Shown here piece by piece: positions 30,086 through 39,698 of a stretch of 49,557 nucleotides of DNA; the first letter of the stretch is position 1, and the number at the start of each line of letters is the position of its first letter. Both the position numbers and the translations under genes were made by a program. The notes beneath the pieces were generated by a model. That model did not search any database, was not told the origin of the DNA, and was given only the letters and a program-made list of their open reading frames with translations. The stretch is from Candidatus Dojkabacteria bacterium (GTDB taxonomy: Bacteria > Patescibacteriota > Dojkabacteria > J137): contig JBDSRX010000076.1 in the NCBI GenBank assembly GCA_039929105.1, positions 1 to 49,557 on the forward strand. Direction: 5' to 3'.

Positions 30086-30871
30086 CTATGGAGTTACTAA
30101 ATCTCCATTACTATCTGTTACATCTAATGCTTTAGACTGTCTTAAAAGAATGTATGCTTTCATATCGTCACTAATCTTAGAAGTAGCCGGAATAGATAGG
30201 TACAAAGACTTTAGATCTTTTGCCTCAAAGAATTGATACTTTACTAAGTTAATTTTAAGCGACCATTGATTTAATAATTTTTCTTCATCAGTTGTTAAAC
30301 CTTCTTGCTCTCTCAATGCCAATTCCATTTCTTTAACAATAACAAAGTCATCTATTGTATTTAAAGATGCAATAAAGCTTTTAATATCCTCGAATCTACC
30401 TACTATTTCAAACTGAAATGGTACTTCCACAAGATTAACATTACCAGATAGTCCACTATTAGCACCGTCTGGCGTTACTGTACTCTCAGTTAATTTTTGG
30501 GAAACAATTGTTAAATTATTAACTATTGTTAAAGCAGATATCTTATCTCTAAACTTAATAACTTCTGTATTTTGAGAAGTAGCAATTGTATTTACTGTAT
30601 CCAGATTAGTATTAATAGTTTCCGAATTAGCTTGTAAAGCTATGACTTCATTTAATCTTGTATTTAAATCTGCGATAATAATGTTATTTGCAGAAACCTC
30701 ATCTAGCTTAGCAAATACATCAGTAATTTTAGGTGCTACAAGACCAACAATTATTAATATAAAAAAGATAATTGTAAATATTGGCACAATATAAAGTTTA
30801 AGAAATTTATTCCTTTTCTTTGTCTTTTCCTCTTTGGCTTTTTTTTGTTGTTCTAATTCCGGTATTATCAT
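30086..30871 (-). CDS. pilO: type IV pilus assembly protein PilO-like
   Basis: N-terminal TM segment followed by a coiled coil. Position after pilM-pilN, with a 4-nt overlap onto pilN. Confidence 0.6.
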   Translation of the reverse strand: MIIPELEQQKKAKEEKTKKRNKFLKLYIVPIFTIIFFILIIVGLVAPKITDVFAKLDEVSANNIIIADLNTRLNEVIALQANSETINTNLDTVNTIATSQNTEVIKFRDKISALTIVNNLTIVSQKLTESTVTPDGANSGLSGNVNLVEVPFQFEIVGRFEDIKSFIASLNTIDDFVIVKEMELALREQEGLTTDEEKLLNQWSLKINLVKYQFFEAKDLKSLYLSIPATSKISDDMKAYILLRQSKALDVTDSNGDLVTP

Positions 30872-31461
30872 TGTATTTGTTGTAGTTTATTAATTTCAAA
30901 GGATATACTCATTGTTAATACAGTGGAGTTAACATTCTCTAAACCAACTCTTCTAATAAAAATATTTTCAACATTATCTGTTGCTTTTAATAAATCTACT
31001 ATAGCTGAAACTTTAGTAAAATCATTAATATTTAGATTTAAGAAGAATTCTCCTGTTATTTCTCTTTTGTAACTCACAACATTTACATCTGATCCAAAAG
31101 TGCTATCAATGTTTTCTGCAATAGCAATTAAGTCTGTAAGCTTGATGTCTTTTTCTAGCAATGGATCTAGCGCTTTAGATTTAACAAAAAGTTCTCCATT
31201 TTGTGCTTTTATTTCATCGTAAGAAGATATCTGTGAATTTAATGTTGCAATATTAGTTTTGCTTGTTTGTAATGAAGGTTGAACTAAAATAATTTCCAAA
31301 AGACTCAATGCAAAAAATACAAAAGCTCCAAAAAATATCAAAAGGAAAGAGTAGAGAACTGTATTGTCTCTTTCTTCCAACTGAGCAATCTCCTCTTTTG
31401 TCTTCGGAGGAATTAGATTGAATTTAAATAATTTTGAGTTACCTCTATAATCAGATTGCAT
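30868..31461 (-). CDS. pilN: type IV pilus assembly protein PilN
   Basis: FNLIPPK motif, a single TM segment, then a coiled coil. Position after pilM. Confidence 0.7.
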   Translation of the reverse strand: MQSDYRGNSKLFKFNLIPPKTKEEIAQLEERDNTVLYSFLLIFFGAFVFFALSLLEIILVQPSLQTSKTNIATLNSQISSYDEIKAQNGELFVKSKALDPLLEKDIKLTDLIAIAENIDSTFGSDVNVVSYKREITGEFFLNLNINDFTKVSAIVDLLKATDNVENIFIRRVGLENVNSTVLTMSISFEINKLQQIQ

Positions 31462-31468
31462 AATATTT

Positions 31469-32524
31469 TTATCTATTTGAAAGACCTTTTAATGCTAGTC
31501 CTAAAGCTACATTAAAGCTTCTCACATTCATTTCTTTAACTTTTTGCACCATTGATCCTTCTACTTGAATATTCTTTAGTGGGTCGACAACTACAGTTTC
31601 GATATTTGCTTTACTTTTTACATATTCATCTAGTTTTGGTAAACCAGATCCACCTCCTGTTATAAAAATAGTCTTAATTGATTCACCACCAATCTTTTCT
31701 TGATAATAAGTTAATGTTCTACCAATTTCACTAATCAATATTCCAACAATTGGTTCAATTGATTTTGCAATTTTTCCTTCATCTGCAGAAAAGTCTAGTC
31801 CATAAGTAACCTTATATTTTTCTGCTTGTACAGGATCTAAACCAAAGTCTGAAGAAATAACTTTTGTAACTGCATTAGAACCAGTTCCTACAGATTGGGA
31901 GAAAATAACTCCACTGTTTCTTGCAAGAATAATATTGGTATTTTCAGCTCCGAAATCTACAACCATTGTTGTTTGCCCTACAGGAATTTGATACCCGTGT
32001 GCTATTAATCTTATAATTGCTAGAGACTCAGTTTCTATTGCTAGCAACTCGATCCCTGCCTTATTCATAACATCCTGATATCTTGAGATTAATTGCTTTG
32101 GTGCAGCGACTACATACCAATTTACAAATGTATTACCTTCTAATTTCTTTTCATCTATGTCTAAGTAAGAAACATTTACTCCTTCTAAAGGTACTGGTAG
32201 TAAGGATTTTAAAGAGAAATGAATTGCTTCTTCGGTTTCTTCATCTTTAACTTTTGGTAAAGAGAGAAGTCTAGAATATACAGCAACTTCCGGAACAGAC
32301 ATAACACTATTTTTAGTGCCTATATTTGAAGCTTTAATCGCTTTTAAGATCTCTTCTGATAGTTTCTGGGATCCTTGCTCAGAGTCATTATCTAACATTC
32401 CTATAGCGGTAGGCTGTGAACTTAATGTCTCTAACTTTACTTGAGATCCGTTATATTTTAATTGTGCTACTTTTAAAGAGTGATGTCCTAAGTTTAATCC
32501 AAAAAATGGAGGTATATCAGCCAT
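31469..32524 (-). CDS. pilM: type IV pilus assembly ATPase-like protein PilM (actin fold)
   Basis: FGLNLGHHSLKVAQL, VVDFGAENTNI and IFITGGGSGLP. Confidence 0.85.
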   Translation of the reverse strand: MADIPPFFGLNLGHHSLKVAQLKYNGSQVKLETLSSQPTAIGMLDNDSEQGSQKLSEEILKAIKASNIGTKNSVMSVPEVAVYSRLLSLPKVKDEETEEAIHFSLKSLLPVPLEGVNVSYLDIDEKKLEGNTFVNWYVVAAPKQLISRYQDVMNKAGIELLAIETESLAIIRLIAHGYQIPVGQTTMVVDFGAENTNIILARNSGVIFSQSVGTGSNAVTKVISSDFGLDPVQAEKYKVTYGLDFSADEGKIAKSIEPIVGILISEIGRTLTYYQEKIGGESIKTIFITGGGSGLPKLDEYVKSKANIETVVVDPLKNIQVEGSMVQKVKEMNVRSFNVALGLALKGLSNR

Positions 32525-32550
32525 AATATCTATATTTTAAAATCTATAAA

Positions 32551-33480
32551 TCAGTAAGAATTAATTGCACTATTTGAAATCAACGCATAATCAAAAACAC
32601 TATCCATTTGTGGAGCTAAAGGTATTTGTGTAATAACTTTTGCTAGCGGAGAGCTCGAATCATTCGTATCTACACTAGTTGCAATAAATTCTCTCATTTG
32701 TAATGGAAATGAGCCTGCCAACCCTGAAATTGTAAACTTCACACTAGAATTATCTTGTTTTAGTCTTGGAGTTATTGTTAGATAAAACACATTATCGCCT
32801 ACTGCTAATCCAGAAATTCCTCCTGGTGTAATATTAATTGTTGTTGAAGTGGCCTTGTTATTTATATCCTTAACTACGAATGTAAAAGGATGATTTGGAT
32901 GTGGGGTAGAGTAAGGATTATCTCCAACTAAACCATCATATGTTCCAGATAAATCGTAAACATCTTTTATTACTTTTAAGTTTCTACTGCCATCTTGAGC
33001 AATAATTGAAAATTCAATTGCGGCTGGTTTGTCCCATATTATATCAATATTGGATGCGTAGCTGGCTCCTGTAGGGCCTTGTAATTTTAGTACAAAACTT
33101 CTATCCTTTTTAACTTCAAAATTACTAACTACGTTTGTATCTGAAATGGTTATATCTGTTTTAAATACAGTGCTTCCTGTACCTGTATCTGTTACTGTAC
33201 AATTGAAAGAGCTTCCAGCTCCTTGGCAATTTGAAGAAGGGAAAGTATTTGGTATTGTTGTTAATGGTTTATCATATTTTCCAAAATTATCTACAAATTT
33301 TCTCACTTCAGTTTCCGCACTATTATAAAGTTTCTCATATTTTTCACTTGTTACGACTTGTGTTACATCTCTATTGGAAAGGGTAACTAATCCTACAATC
33401 ACAATTCCAATAATTGTTAATACTAATAGGGTAATTAATAACACTTGTCCATTTTGCGTTTTTGTTTTGTTATAGCTCAT
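32551..33480 (-). CDS. PilX-like minor pilus component
   Basis: NGQVLLITLLVLTIIGIVIVGL N-terminal hydrophobic helix without the FTLIE motif. Position after three minor pilins. Confidence 0.55.
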   Translation of the reverse strand: MSYNKTKTQNGQVLLITLLVLTIIGIVIVGLVTLSNRDVTQVVTSEKYEKLYNSAETEVRKFVDNFGKYDKPLTTIPNTFPSSNCQGAGSSFNCTVTDTGTGSTVFKTDITISDTNVVSNFEVKKDRSFVLKLQGPTGASYASNIDIIWDKPAAIEFSIIAQDGSRNLKVIKDVYDLSGTYDGLVGDNPYSTPHPNHPFTFVVKDINNKATSTTINITPGGISGLAVGDNVFYLTITPRLKQDNSSVKFTISGLAGSFPLQMREFIATSVDTNDSSSPLAKVITQIPLAPQMDSVFDYALISNSAINSY

Positions 33481-34009
33481 AATTTCTTGTTGAAACAGAT
33501 GTTTGTTTAATTACATTATTAACATTAAAGTTTGCGTTTGTATGTGATCCTACCAAAGTAAGCAATATATTTTGCCTAGCTTTGTTAGTACTATCAGAGA
33601 ATCCAAAATCAAAGCTTACTGTTGTAAATTTAATATTAGATGTACTAGTATAAATATTTAAATTTCCACTAGATAAAATCTGATCTTTACACATTCTATC
33701 ACCACACTTTGTCCATTGGAACTTATCACCGTTTAAAATAAATTCACAAGTACTCGTAGATGAACCTCCAACCCCACAATTAGTTAAGTTATCAGCATTT
33801 CGAATGTCTCTAGATATTTGAGAAGATACATTAGAAATTTCTTCTCTAACAACACTTCTTGCAAGTATTTTGAAAGTAATTTGAAGCGAAAGTATAAGAA
33901 CACTAAAAAGCATTGTCATTACAACACCCATTATTCCTAGGCTTACAATAATCTCAACAAGTGAGTATGCTCTTAAATTTTTAGAGTGTGACTTTTTTAA
34001 ATTGTTCAT
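33470..34009 (-). CDS. minor pilin (PilW-like position), prepilin motif RA/YSLVEI
   Basis: KNLRAYSLVEIIVSLGIMGVV. Confidence 0.7.
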   Translation of the reverse strand: MNNLKKSHSKNLRAYSLVEIIVSLGIMGVVMTMLFSVLILSLQITFKILARSVVREEISNVSSQISRDIRNADNLTNCGVGGSSTSTCEFILNGDKFQWTKCGDRMCKDQILSSGNLNIYTSTSNIKFTTVSFDFGFSDSTNKARQNILLTLVGSHTNANFNVNNVIKQTSVSTRNYEL

Positions 34010-34565
34010 ATCTGTTACTTTGAAAAGTTACTATTACTGGTTTATTATCTTGATTGTAAACTGCTATAACTGTCATTTGGTAATAACTTTGAATTCCATT
34101 TGTAATTATACTTCCTGCAACAGGAACAATCTTTACCTGAACACAAACATTTGGTGTAGTAGAGGGAGTTGCAGTTGTTCCTGCTTCAGCATTGTTAGGA
34201 TTTCTTGGATCTGCAATAATAGTCGACTCAATTATATATTGGCTTCCAACTTCACAAGTTGATATTTGTGTATCTTGAGTTTTTTGCAAATAGGCAGCTC
34301 CATTTATTCTTGTTAATTTAAAGAATACTGGTGTTGGATTTTGAGTTACAGTAAAACTATCATCAGTTACAAAAATATTTGATGGCGACTTTACTATTTC
34401 CATAGCATTTACAGCCAATCCATTAACATAGTCTTCTGTTTGATTTTGTCTGACCACAACAAAAGAATTTGAAACTAAAAGCATAGAGCCCAAAATAGTT
34501 GAGGAGATAATAGCTAATACTATTAGTACTTCCACAAGGCTTGTTGCTCTAAGTCTTCTCTTCAT
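33981..34565 (-). CDS. minor pilin (PilV-like position), prepilin motif RA/TSLVEV
   Basis: MKRRLRATSLVEVLIVLAIISS. Confidence 0.7.
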   Translation of the reverse strand: MKRRLRATSLVEVLIVLAIISSTILGSMLLVSNSFVVVRQNQTEDYVNGLAVNAMEIVKSPSNIFVTDDSFTVTQNPTPVFFKLTRINGAAYLQKTQDTQISTCEVGSQYIIESTIIADPRNPNNAEAGTTATPSTTPNVCVQVKIVPVAGSIITNGIQSYYQMTVIAVYNQDNKPVIVTFQSNRYEQFKKVTL

Positions 34566-35093
34566 TTAATTAGTTGTAATATTGTTACTTGATAAGTCTA
34601 TGCTAATTACTCTAGAATTTCCAGTAGTTGAATGAACAATTGTAATTGTACAAGATCCAGTAGTAGTTATTGTTCCGCCTCCATCAACTCCTACTATATC
34701 GGATGTTAGTCTCGCAAAACCTAATGCCACACAACTATTACTAGGTTCTGCTTTTACTTGTACATTTAAAATTTCAATTGCTTTTGATGTGGCTGGGTCA
34801 TCTGTACAAGTTATCTTTGTGGATCCACTTTTTACGCATGTTTGAAATTTATAAGTAGTAGGAGCAAATGCGATTGTAATATAATCTGGAACAGTGCTAG
34901 AACTGCCTGGTTTTGTTACAGAATTTCTAGCTCTGTTTTGTGTTGTCTGCAAAGCAGATAGAACATCAGAATATGCATTTTGTAATTCGATTGTAGATTT
35001 AACCTGTACTAATGCAAAAGTACTAGTACCCAAAAGAAGTGCCATTATTCCCATTGCTATTATTGCTTCTAAAAGTGTAAAAGCTCTTTTCAT
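34566..35093 (-). CDS. minor pilin (FimT/GspH-like position), prepilin motif RA/FTLLE
   Basis: MKRAFTLLEAIIAMGIMALLLG. Confidence 0.75.
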   Translation of the reverse strand: MKRAFTLLEAIIAMGIMALLLGTSTFALVQVKSTIELQNAYSDVLSALQTTQNRARNSVTKPGSSSTVPDYITIAFAPTTYKFQTCVKSGSTKITCTDDPATSKAIEILNVQVKAEPSNSCVALGFARLTSDIVGVDGGGTITTTGSCTITIVHSTTGNSRVISIDLSSNNITTN

Positions 35094-35094
35094 T

Positions 35095-35889
35095 TTAATA
35101 ATTTAAGGTAATTAAACTGTATATTTGTATACCGATAGCTAATGTAAAAACAAAACCCATTAATATTAAAGGTACAAAAGGAATTAGAACTCCTTTAAAT
35201 TTCTTAACAATTAAGGAATATGAAACTCCAACTATACTTCCTAATATACATGTTAAGAAGAAACTTATTAAGCCCATTGTTAAACCAAGTGTAAATCCAA
35301 TCATTAACATTAGATAAATATCACCTTCACCAATGGCTTTCTTATTACTTAATCGATTTATTGCAAATATTATTCCTCCTAGAATTAAACCGGCAACAAT
35401 ACTTCCAATAGTACCCATACTTACAAATGGGAAAGGTTCTACTCCTGTTGTTCTAATAGTTACTAATTTGAAAATTCCAAATAATAAATTAGAAACTACT
35501 ACAATTAATAAAACACCTTTTAAGAAATCTTCAGGAATTGCTAAATGAATGATATCGAAGACAGATAAGTAGAGCAGACAAATAAATACAAACATGAATG
35601 TTACAGCTAGAATGATTTGTTCTATTGTTGAAATTCCATTGACTCCTAGTTGAGAATTAAGACCAATCGCTAAAACTATTCCAAAAAATACAGATGAAAA
35701 TTCAGCTACCCAAATTGTCGCTATTTTAAAATCTAAACCAGCATTTTTCTTTTTATTAAATAAGTAAATAAAAGGAACAAGAACAAAATCTAAATTCTTT
35801 CTTAACTTTTTTTCTTCAATTTGAACTAAGAAAAGCTTTGATAAAATGCTAGAAAGATATGCTATTAGGATTACTATTAAAACTATCAC
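35095..35889 (-). CDS. pilD: prepilin peptidase (A24 family), no recognisable N-terminal Cys-rich methyltransferase module
   Basis: Polytopic membrane protein. LSVFDIIHLAIPE (first Asp box) and GEGDIYLMLMIG (GxGD second Asp box). Confidence 0.85.
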   Translation of the reverse strand: MIVLIVILIAYLSSILSKLFLVQIEEKKLRKNLDFVLVPFIYLFNKKKNAGLDFKIATIWVAEFSSVFFGIVLAIGLNSQLGVNGISTIEQIILAVTFMFVFICLLYLSVFDIIHLAIPEDFLKGVLLIVVVSNLLFGIFKLVTIRTTGVEPFPFVSMGTIGSIVAGLILGGIIFAINRLSNKKAIGEGDIYLMLMIGFTLGLTMGLISFFLTCILGSIVGVSYSLIVKKFKGVLIPFVPLILMGFVFTLAIGIQIYSLITLNY

Positions 35890-35911
35890 TTTCTTAAATT
35901 AAAAATTATCT

Positions 35912-36349
35912 TTAGTTCCAGGTAGAGACAGCAGGACATTGCGAAGTACCTGCACTTTTAACACTTCCAGACTCTAATTGAACACATAGTTGATAATCAG
36001 AACCTAAGACATTATTGTAATAATACTTTGTATTACTTTGATCACTATTAACTGTTGGAAGATTAGTTGTTGTTGGTGCTAAAAAACCTTTTAAAGCAAA
36101 ATTTTTAAATCCTACAATGCTTACTTGACCATTACTAAAAACAACATTTACTTTAGTAGGTACACTTAAATTTTGTTTTCGGTAATCGTTTATCATAGTA
36201 GATATTGATGCAATGGCATTATTTCTCTCAATATCTCGTGCATTTTTTTGGACAATTCCAATCCCTACAATACCTAACGTAATAAGGACGGCAATTACTG
36301 CCATCCCTATCGTTAGTTCTATTAATGTGAAAGCTTGTATCTTTTTCAT
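35912..36349 (-). CDS. type IV pilin, prepilin motif QA/FTLIEL
   Basis: MKKIQAFTLIELTIGMAVIAVLITLG. Confidence 0.85.
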   Translation of the reverse strand: MKKIQAFTLIELTIGMAVIAVLITLGIVGIGIVQKNARDIERNNAIASISTMINDYRKQNLSVPTKVNVVFSNGQVSIVGFKNFALKGFLAPTTTNLPTVNSDQSNTKYYYNNVLGSDYQLCVQLESGSVKSAGTSQCPAVSTWN

Positions 36350-36361
36350 TAATAAATTTTA

Positions 36362-36808
36362 TTATGAAGGATTTAATGCTGTTTGACAAGGAGATCCATC
36401 GTTTCCTAATTGAATGTCAAAGCTAGCTCCTGTAGCACCTTCTATTTTTGCTCCTAAACCATAGCTTCCTCCAGTAGATCTATAGCAATACTGAGTGTGC
36501 GAATCATCAGTCTTTAGAGCGTCTGCTGTTGTTGGACCTTTTAAATCTAAGACTTTAGTTCCATTGATTGACATTGTTGTTGTTGTAAATACTACTCCTG
36601 TGGATCCTGTTGCTGAAGGAAATATACCAAAGTTACTAAAATAAGTGTTAATTGCTAAGTTCATAGAATTAACTGCGTCTCTTCTTTGTGTATTTCTTAG
36701 AGATGACTGTACGATGCTAATTCCAAGAATGGACATAGTCATAAGCACTCCAATGATACCCATTGCAACCATAAGCTCGATAAGCGTAAAGGCTTTCTTT
36801 TGCTTCAT
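36362..36808 (-). CDS. type IV pilin (major pilin candidate), prepilin motif KA/FTLIEL
   Basis: MKQKKAFTLIELMVAMGIIGVLMTM. It is the first pilin gene after pilC. Confidence 0.85.
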   Translation of the reverse strand: MKQKKAFTLIELMVAMGIIGVLMTMSILGISIVQSSLRNTQRRDAVNSMNLAINTYFSNFGIFPSATGSTGVVFTTTTMSINGTKVLDLKGPTTADALKTDDSHTQYCYRSTGGSYGLGAKIEGATGASFDIQLGNDGSPCQTALNPS

Positions 36809-36830
36809 AGTTAATATATAAAAAATAAAA

Positions 36831-38063
36831 TTACTTATTTACAATCTGTCCAACTTGATAAATTGGAAGGTAAATTGCTATTGCCATAAAACCCACTAAT
36901 ACTCCTACCACTACCAAGATAAAAGGCTCGATAAGTTTTGTCAAGTTTCCAGCTATCTGGTCAACTTCATCTTCGTAAAACTTTGCCAAATCTCTAAGCA
37001 CCACATCGACGCTTCCTGCTTCTTCTCCTGTTGCTATCATTCTAATAATTATTAAAGGAAATCCATTTTTTGTATTATATTTTGCTAAGGCTAATGCTAG
37101 TGAAGAACCTTTTGCTAAATCGTCTTTTGCTCCTAAAATGATGTCTCTGAAAATAACATTTCCTGTAGCTCTTCCTACAATATCTAAAGATTCTATAATT
37201 GGAATCCCACTAACCATAAGCATGGATAATAATCTGCAGAACTCAACAATTTCTATCTTTTGTATTAAATTACCAAAAACAGGTAATTTTAATTTAAATC
37301 CGTCAAATTGCTTTCTCCCATTTGGAGTACCAACAAAATATTTAAAACCAAAAACAGCAGAAATTATTACTATTATTGTAATAATAAGACTTGGTAAATT
37401 TGTAAATATATTTCCAATACTAATTAAGATATTTGTTACAAAAGGTAATTCGGTCTGCCCTAAACTGTTGTATAGCTGCTTAACTTGAGGCACCATAACA
37501 ACAATCATCAATATCAAAACAGCAATCATCACTACGAATATAATCGCGGGGTAGATTAGTGCTCCTTTAATTTTTCCATTTAAATTTTTAGATTTTTCTA
37601 AGTCCTCTGCAATCTTTAATAATATTTCGTTTAAATTTCCAGATTTTTCTCCAGCAGCCATTAAGTTAACCTGGACTTCATTCAAAATTCCAGATTCTTT
37701 TCTAAATGCATCAGATAGAGCAGTACCTGCTTCTATCATTCTATATATCTTTAAAAGTTTTTCTTTAGTTGAATCTTTATCTGCTTGTTGAACAAGAATA
37801 TCTATTGCTTGGATAATTGGGATTCCAGCACCTACCATAGTAGAAAGCTGTCTAATCAAAACTACTTTTTCCTCTAAAGTCATTCCTCCAATTTCTACAT
37901 TAAGAAGCTTCTTAAAGTTAACTCCAACACTTTCTTGTACAATAACTGGCATCATGCCTTGACCATTTAAGTAATCTGTCACCTCGCTTTGAGTTTCAGC
38001 TTCTTTTACGCCTTCTATTCTTTGCCCTGTATTTGATACTGCAATATATTTAAATTCTGCCAT
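36831..38063 (-). CDS. pilC: type IV pilus platform protein PilC (GspF family)
   Basis: Two GspF repeats (LSTMVGAGIPI.. and LSMLMVSGIPI..) and three TM regions. Confidence 0.9.
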   Translation of the reverse strand: MAEFKYIAVSNTGQRIEGVKEAETQSEVTDYLNGQGMMPVIVQESVGVNFKKLLNVEIGGMTLEEKVVLIRQLSTMVGAGIPIIQAIDILVQQADKDSTKEKLLKIYRMIEAGTALSDAFRKESGILNEVQVNLMAAGEKSGNLNEILLKIAEDLEKSKNLNGKIKGALIYPAIIFVVMIAVLILMIVVMVPQVKQLYNSLGQTELPFVTNILISIGNIFTNLPSLIITIIVIISAVFGFKYFVGTPNGRKQFDGFKLKLPVFGNLIQKIEIVEFCRLLSMLMVSGIPIIESLDIVGRATGNVIFRDIILGAKDDLAKGSSLALALAKYNTKNGFPLIIIRMIATGEEAGSVDVVLRDLAKFYEDEVDQIAGNLTKLIEPFILVVVGVLVGFMAIAIYLPIYQVGQIVNK

Positions 38064-38075
38064 GTTTATTTATTA

Positions 38076-39680
38076 TTAACCTCTTTGTAATAAAATATCG
38101 AAATCTGCTGGTCTATTAGCAATAACTTTAGCAACATCTGATGAAACTTTTCCTTCTTTAACTAACTTAACCAGTGATTTCTCCATAGATATCATACCTA
38201 AATCTGCACCAGTTTGGATAATATTATCTAATTGTATGCCTTTGCTTTCTCTAATTGTGTTTTTAACTGCTGATGTTCCTATTAAAATTTCCATTGCTGC
38301 AACTCTAGAGTTATTTAATGTCTTTACGAGTCTTTGTGAAATCACTGCTTGTAAAACTGAGGCTAATTGAACTTTAACTTGTTCCTGCTTCTCAGCAGGG
38401 AACATATCAATAATTCTATCAACTGTTTGTGATGCACTATTTGTATGTAGAGTAGCAAATACTAAGTGACCAGTTTCAGCAATTCTTAGGGCTGCTTCAA
38501 CAGTTTCTAAGTCTCTCATTTCTCCAACCAATACAATATTGGGATCTTGTCTTAAGATTGCTCTAAGAGCACTTCCCCAAGATTCAAAATCTTGTCCGAA
38601 TTCTCTTTGGTCAACAATACTTAATCCTTTTGGAAATACATACTCAACAGGATCTTCTAAAGTAATAATGTGCTTTGCGTCTGTTAAATTTATAAGATTA
38701 ATAACAGATGCAATAGTTGTAGATTTACCAGACCCAGTAGGTCCTGTAACTAAAACCAATCCGTTTGGATACTTAGAGAACTCTTTCATTAATGGAGGTA
38801 AATCTAATTGTTCAACCGTTGGAATAGATTCCGAAATAACTCTAGCTGCAATTGAATATGTAGCACTTTCTTTAAAGATATTAATTCTAAATCTTCTTAA
38901 ACCTAAGCTATATGTCATATCATATTCAAAGATTTTGTCTTGCACTACTGTTCTTCCTTTTAATAATTGTTTTACATATTCGTTTACATATTCAGGTGTA
39001 ACAAGAGGGGATTCAATTGTTTTTAATTCACCATTAACCCTAATCATTACTCTATAACCTACTGATATATGGACATCCGATGCACCTTGTTTCATCGCTT
39101 CATTTAAAAAATCATTTAATGTATAGGTTTTATTTGTTAGAACACCCGACTCAATACCTGGTGCAGGTGTTGTTGCTGTAGGTAGAGTTGTTGGCATTAC
39201 TGGTTGAGGAGTATCAAGTTTATTTAATCTATCAAGTTTCTCATCTAGGTTTGATGCAGGATCTTTCATTCCATCTTTATTTACTATTGGTTGAGTAATT
39301 GGTTTAGAAGTTTCTGTTACAACAGGTGTAACAGCTTGTTTAGCTTGATTCATAATGTCATTAATTGAACTAGTAGGTGGCTTAACCTCTATAGGTTTAG
39401 ACATTGTATTAGCAATATTACTAATTTGATTGGAAAGATTATTAAACTCTTGCTTTTGCTGAACCAATTGCTGCGTAGGAGTAGGTGCTATTTGAACTGC
39501 TGGAATTACTACTTCAGAAGCTGGCATACTCACTATCTCTTGAGCTTTTGGTAATTCTTTATTTGGCAAAGGTGCTAAATCTGCTAAAGATGGAGTTGGT
39601 ATAGGTGCATCATTCGGACTACCAACTGGAGTCGTCGATGGTGCTGTTGTATTTCTATTTCCTATATTAATTAATGGCAT
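38076..39680 (-). CDS. pilT: PilT-type retraction ATPase with a roughly 190-aa Pro/Thr/Gln-rich N-terminal extension
   Basis: GASDVHISVGYRVMIRVNGEL, GPTGSGKST, AILRQDPNIVLVGEMRD and ATLHTNSA. The frame is open for 190 codons upstream of the PilT core. Confidence 0.85.
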   Translation of the reverse strand: MPLINIGNRNTTAPSTTPVGSPNDAPIPTPSLADLAPLPNKELPKAQEIVSMPASEVVIPAVQIAPTPTQQLVQQKQEFNNLSNQISNIANTMSKPIEVKPPTSSINDIMNQAKQAVTPVVTETSKPITQPIVNKDGMKDPASNLDEKLDRLNKLDTPQPVMPTTLPTATTPAPGIESGVLTNKTYTLNDFLNEAMKQGASDVHISVGYRVMIRVNGELKTIESPLVTPEYVNEYVKQLLKGRTVVQDKIFEYDMTYSLGLRRFRINIFKESATYSIAARVISESIPTVEQLDLPPLMKEFSKYPNGLVLVTGPTGSGKSTTIASVINLINLTDAKHIITLEDPVEYVFPKGLSIVDQREFGQDFESWGSALRAILRQDPNIVLVGEMRDLETVEAALRIAETGHLVFATLHTNSASQTVDRIIDMFPAEKQEQVKVQLASVLQAVISQRLVKTLNNSRVAAMEILIGTSAVKNTIRESKGIQLDNIIQTGADLGMISMEKSLVKLVKEGKVSSDVAKVIANRPADFDILLQRG

Positions 39681-39698
39681 TATGATAATTCTAAAATT

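Noticed and set aside
37138-39057. Plus-strand ORFs 37138-37488 and 38539-39057 inside pilC and pilT. The same judgement applies to other antisense or embedded ORFs in the track: 1273-1509, 8845-9054, 9513-9719, 11352-11543, 12390-12584, 13089-13415, 16357-16569, 17096-17278, 19989-20231, 20232-20573, 26725-26958, 28011-28214, 28262-28447, 28848-29054, 28910-29155, 29427-29672, 29477-29662, 33146-33328, 34002-34262, 34894-35106, 35333-35548, 39682-39900, 41398-41601, 41795-42037, 42719-42973, 42931-43134, 45079-45372, 45176-45397 and 46266-46454.
   Set aside because: Each lies wholly or largely inside a longer ORF that has clear family motifs, on the opposite strand or in another frame. None has a recognisable motif. 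They are treated as shadow ORFs.
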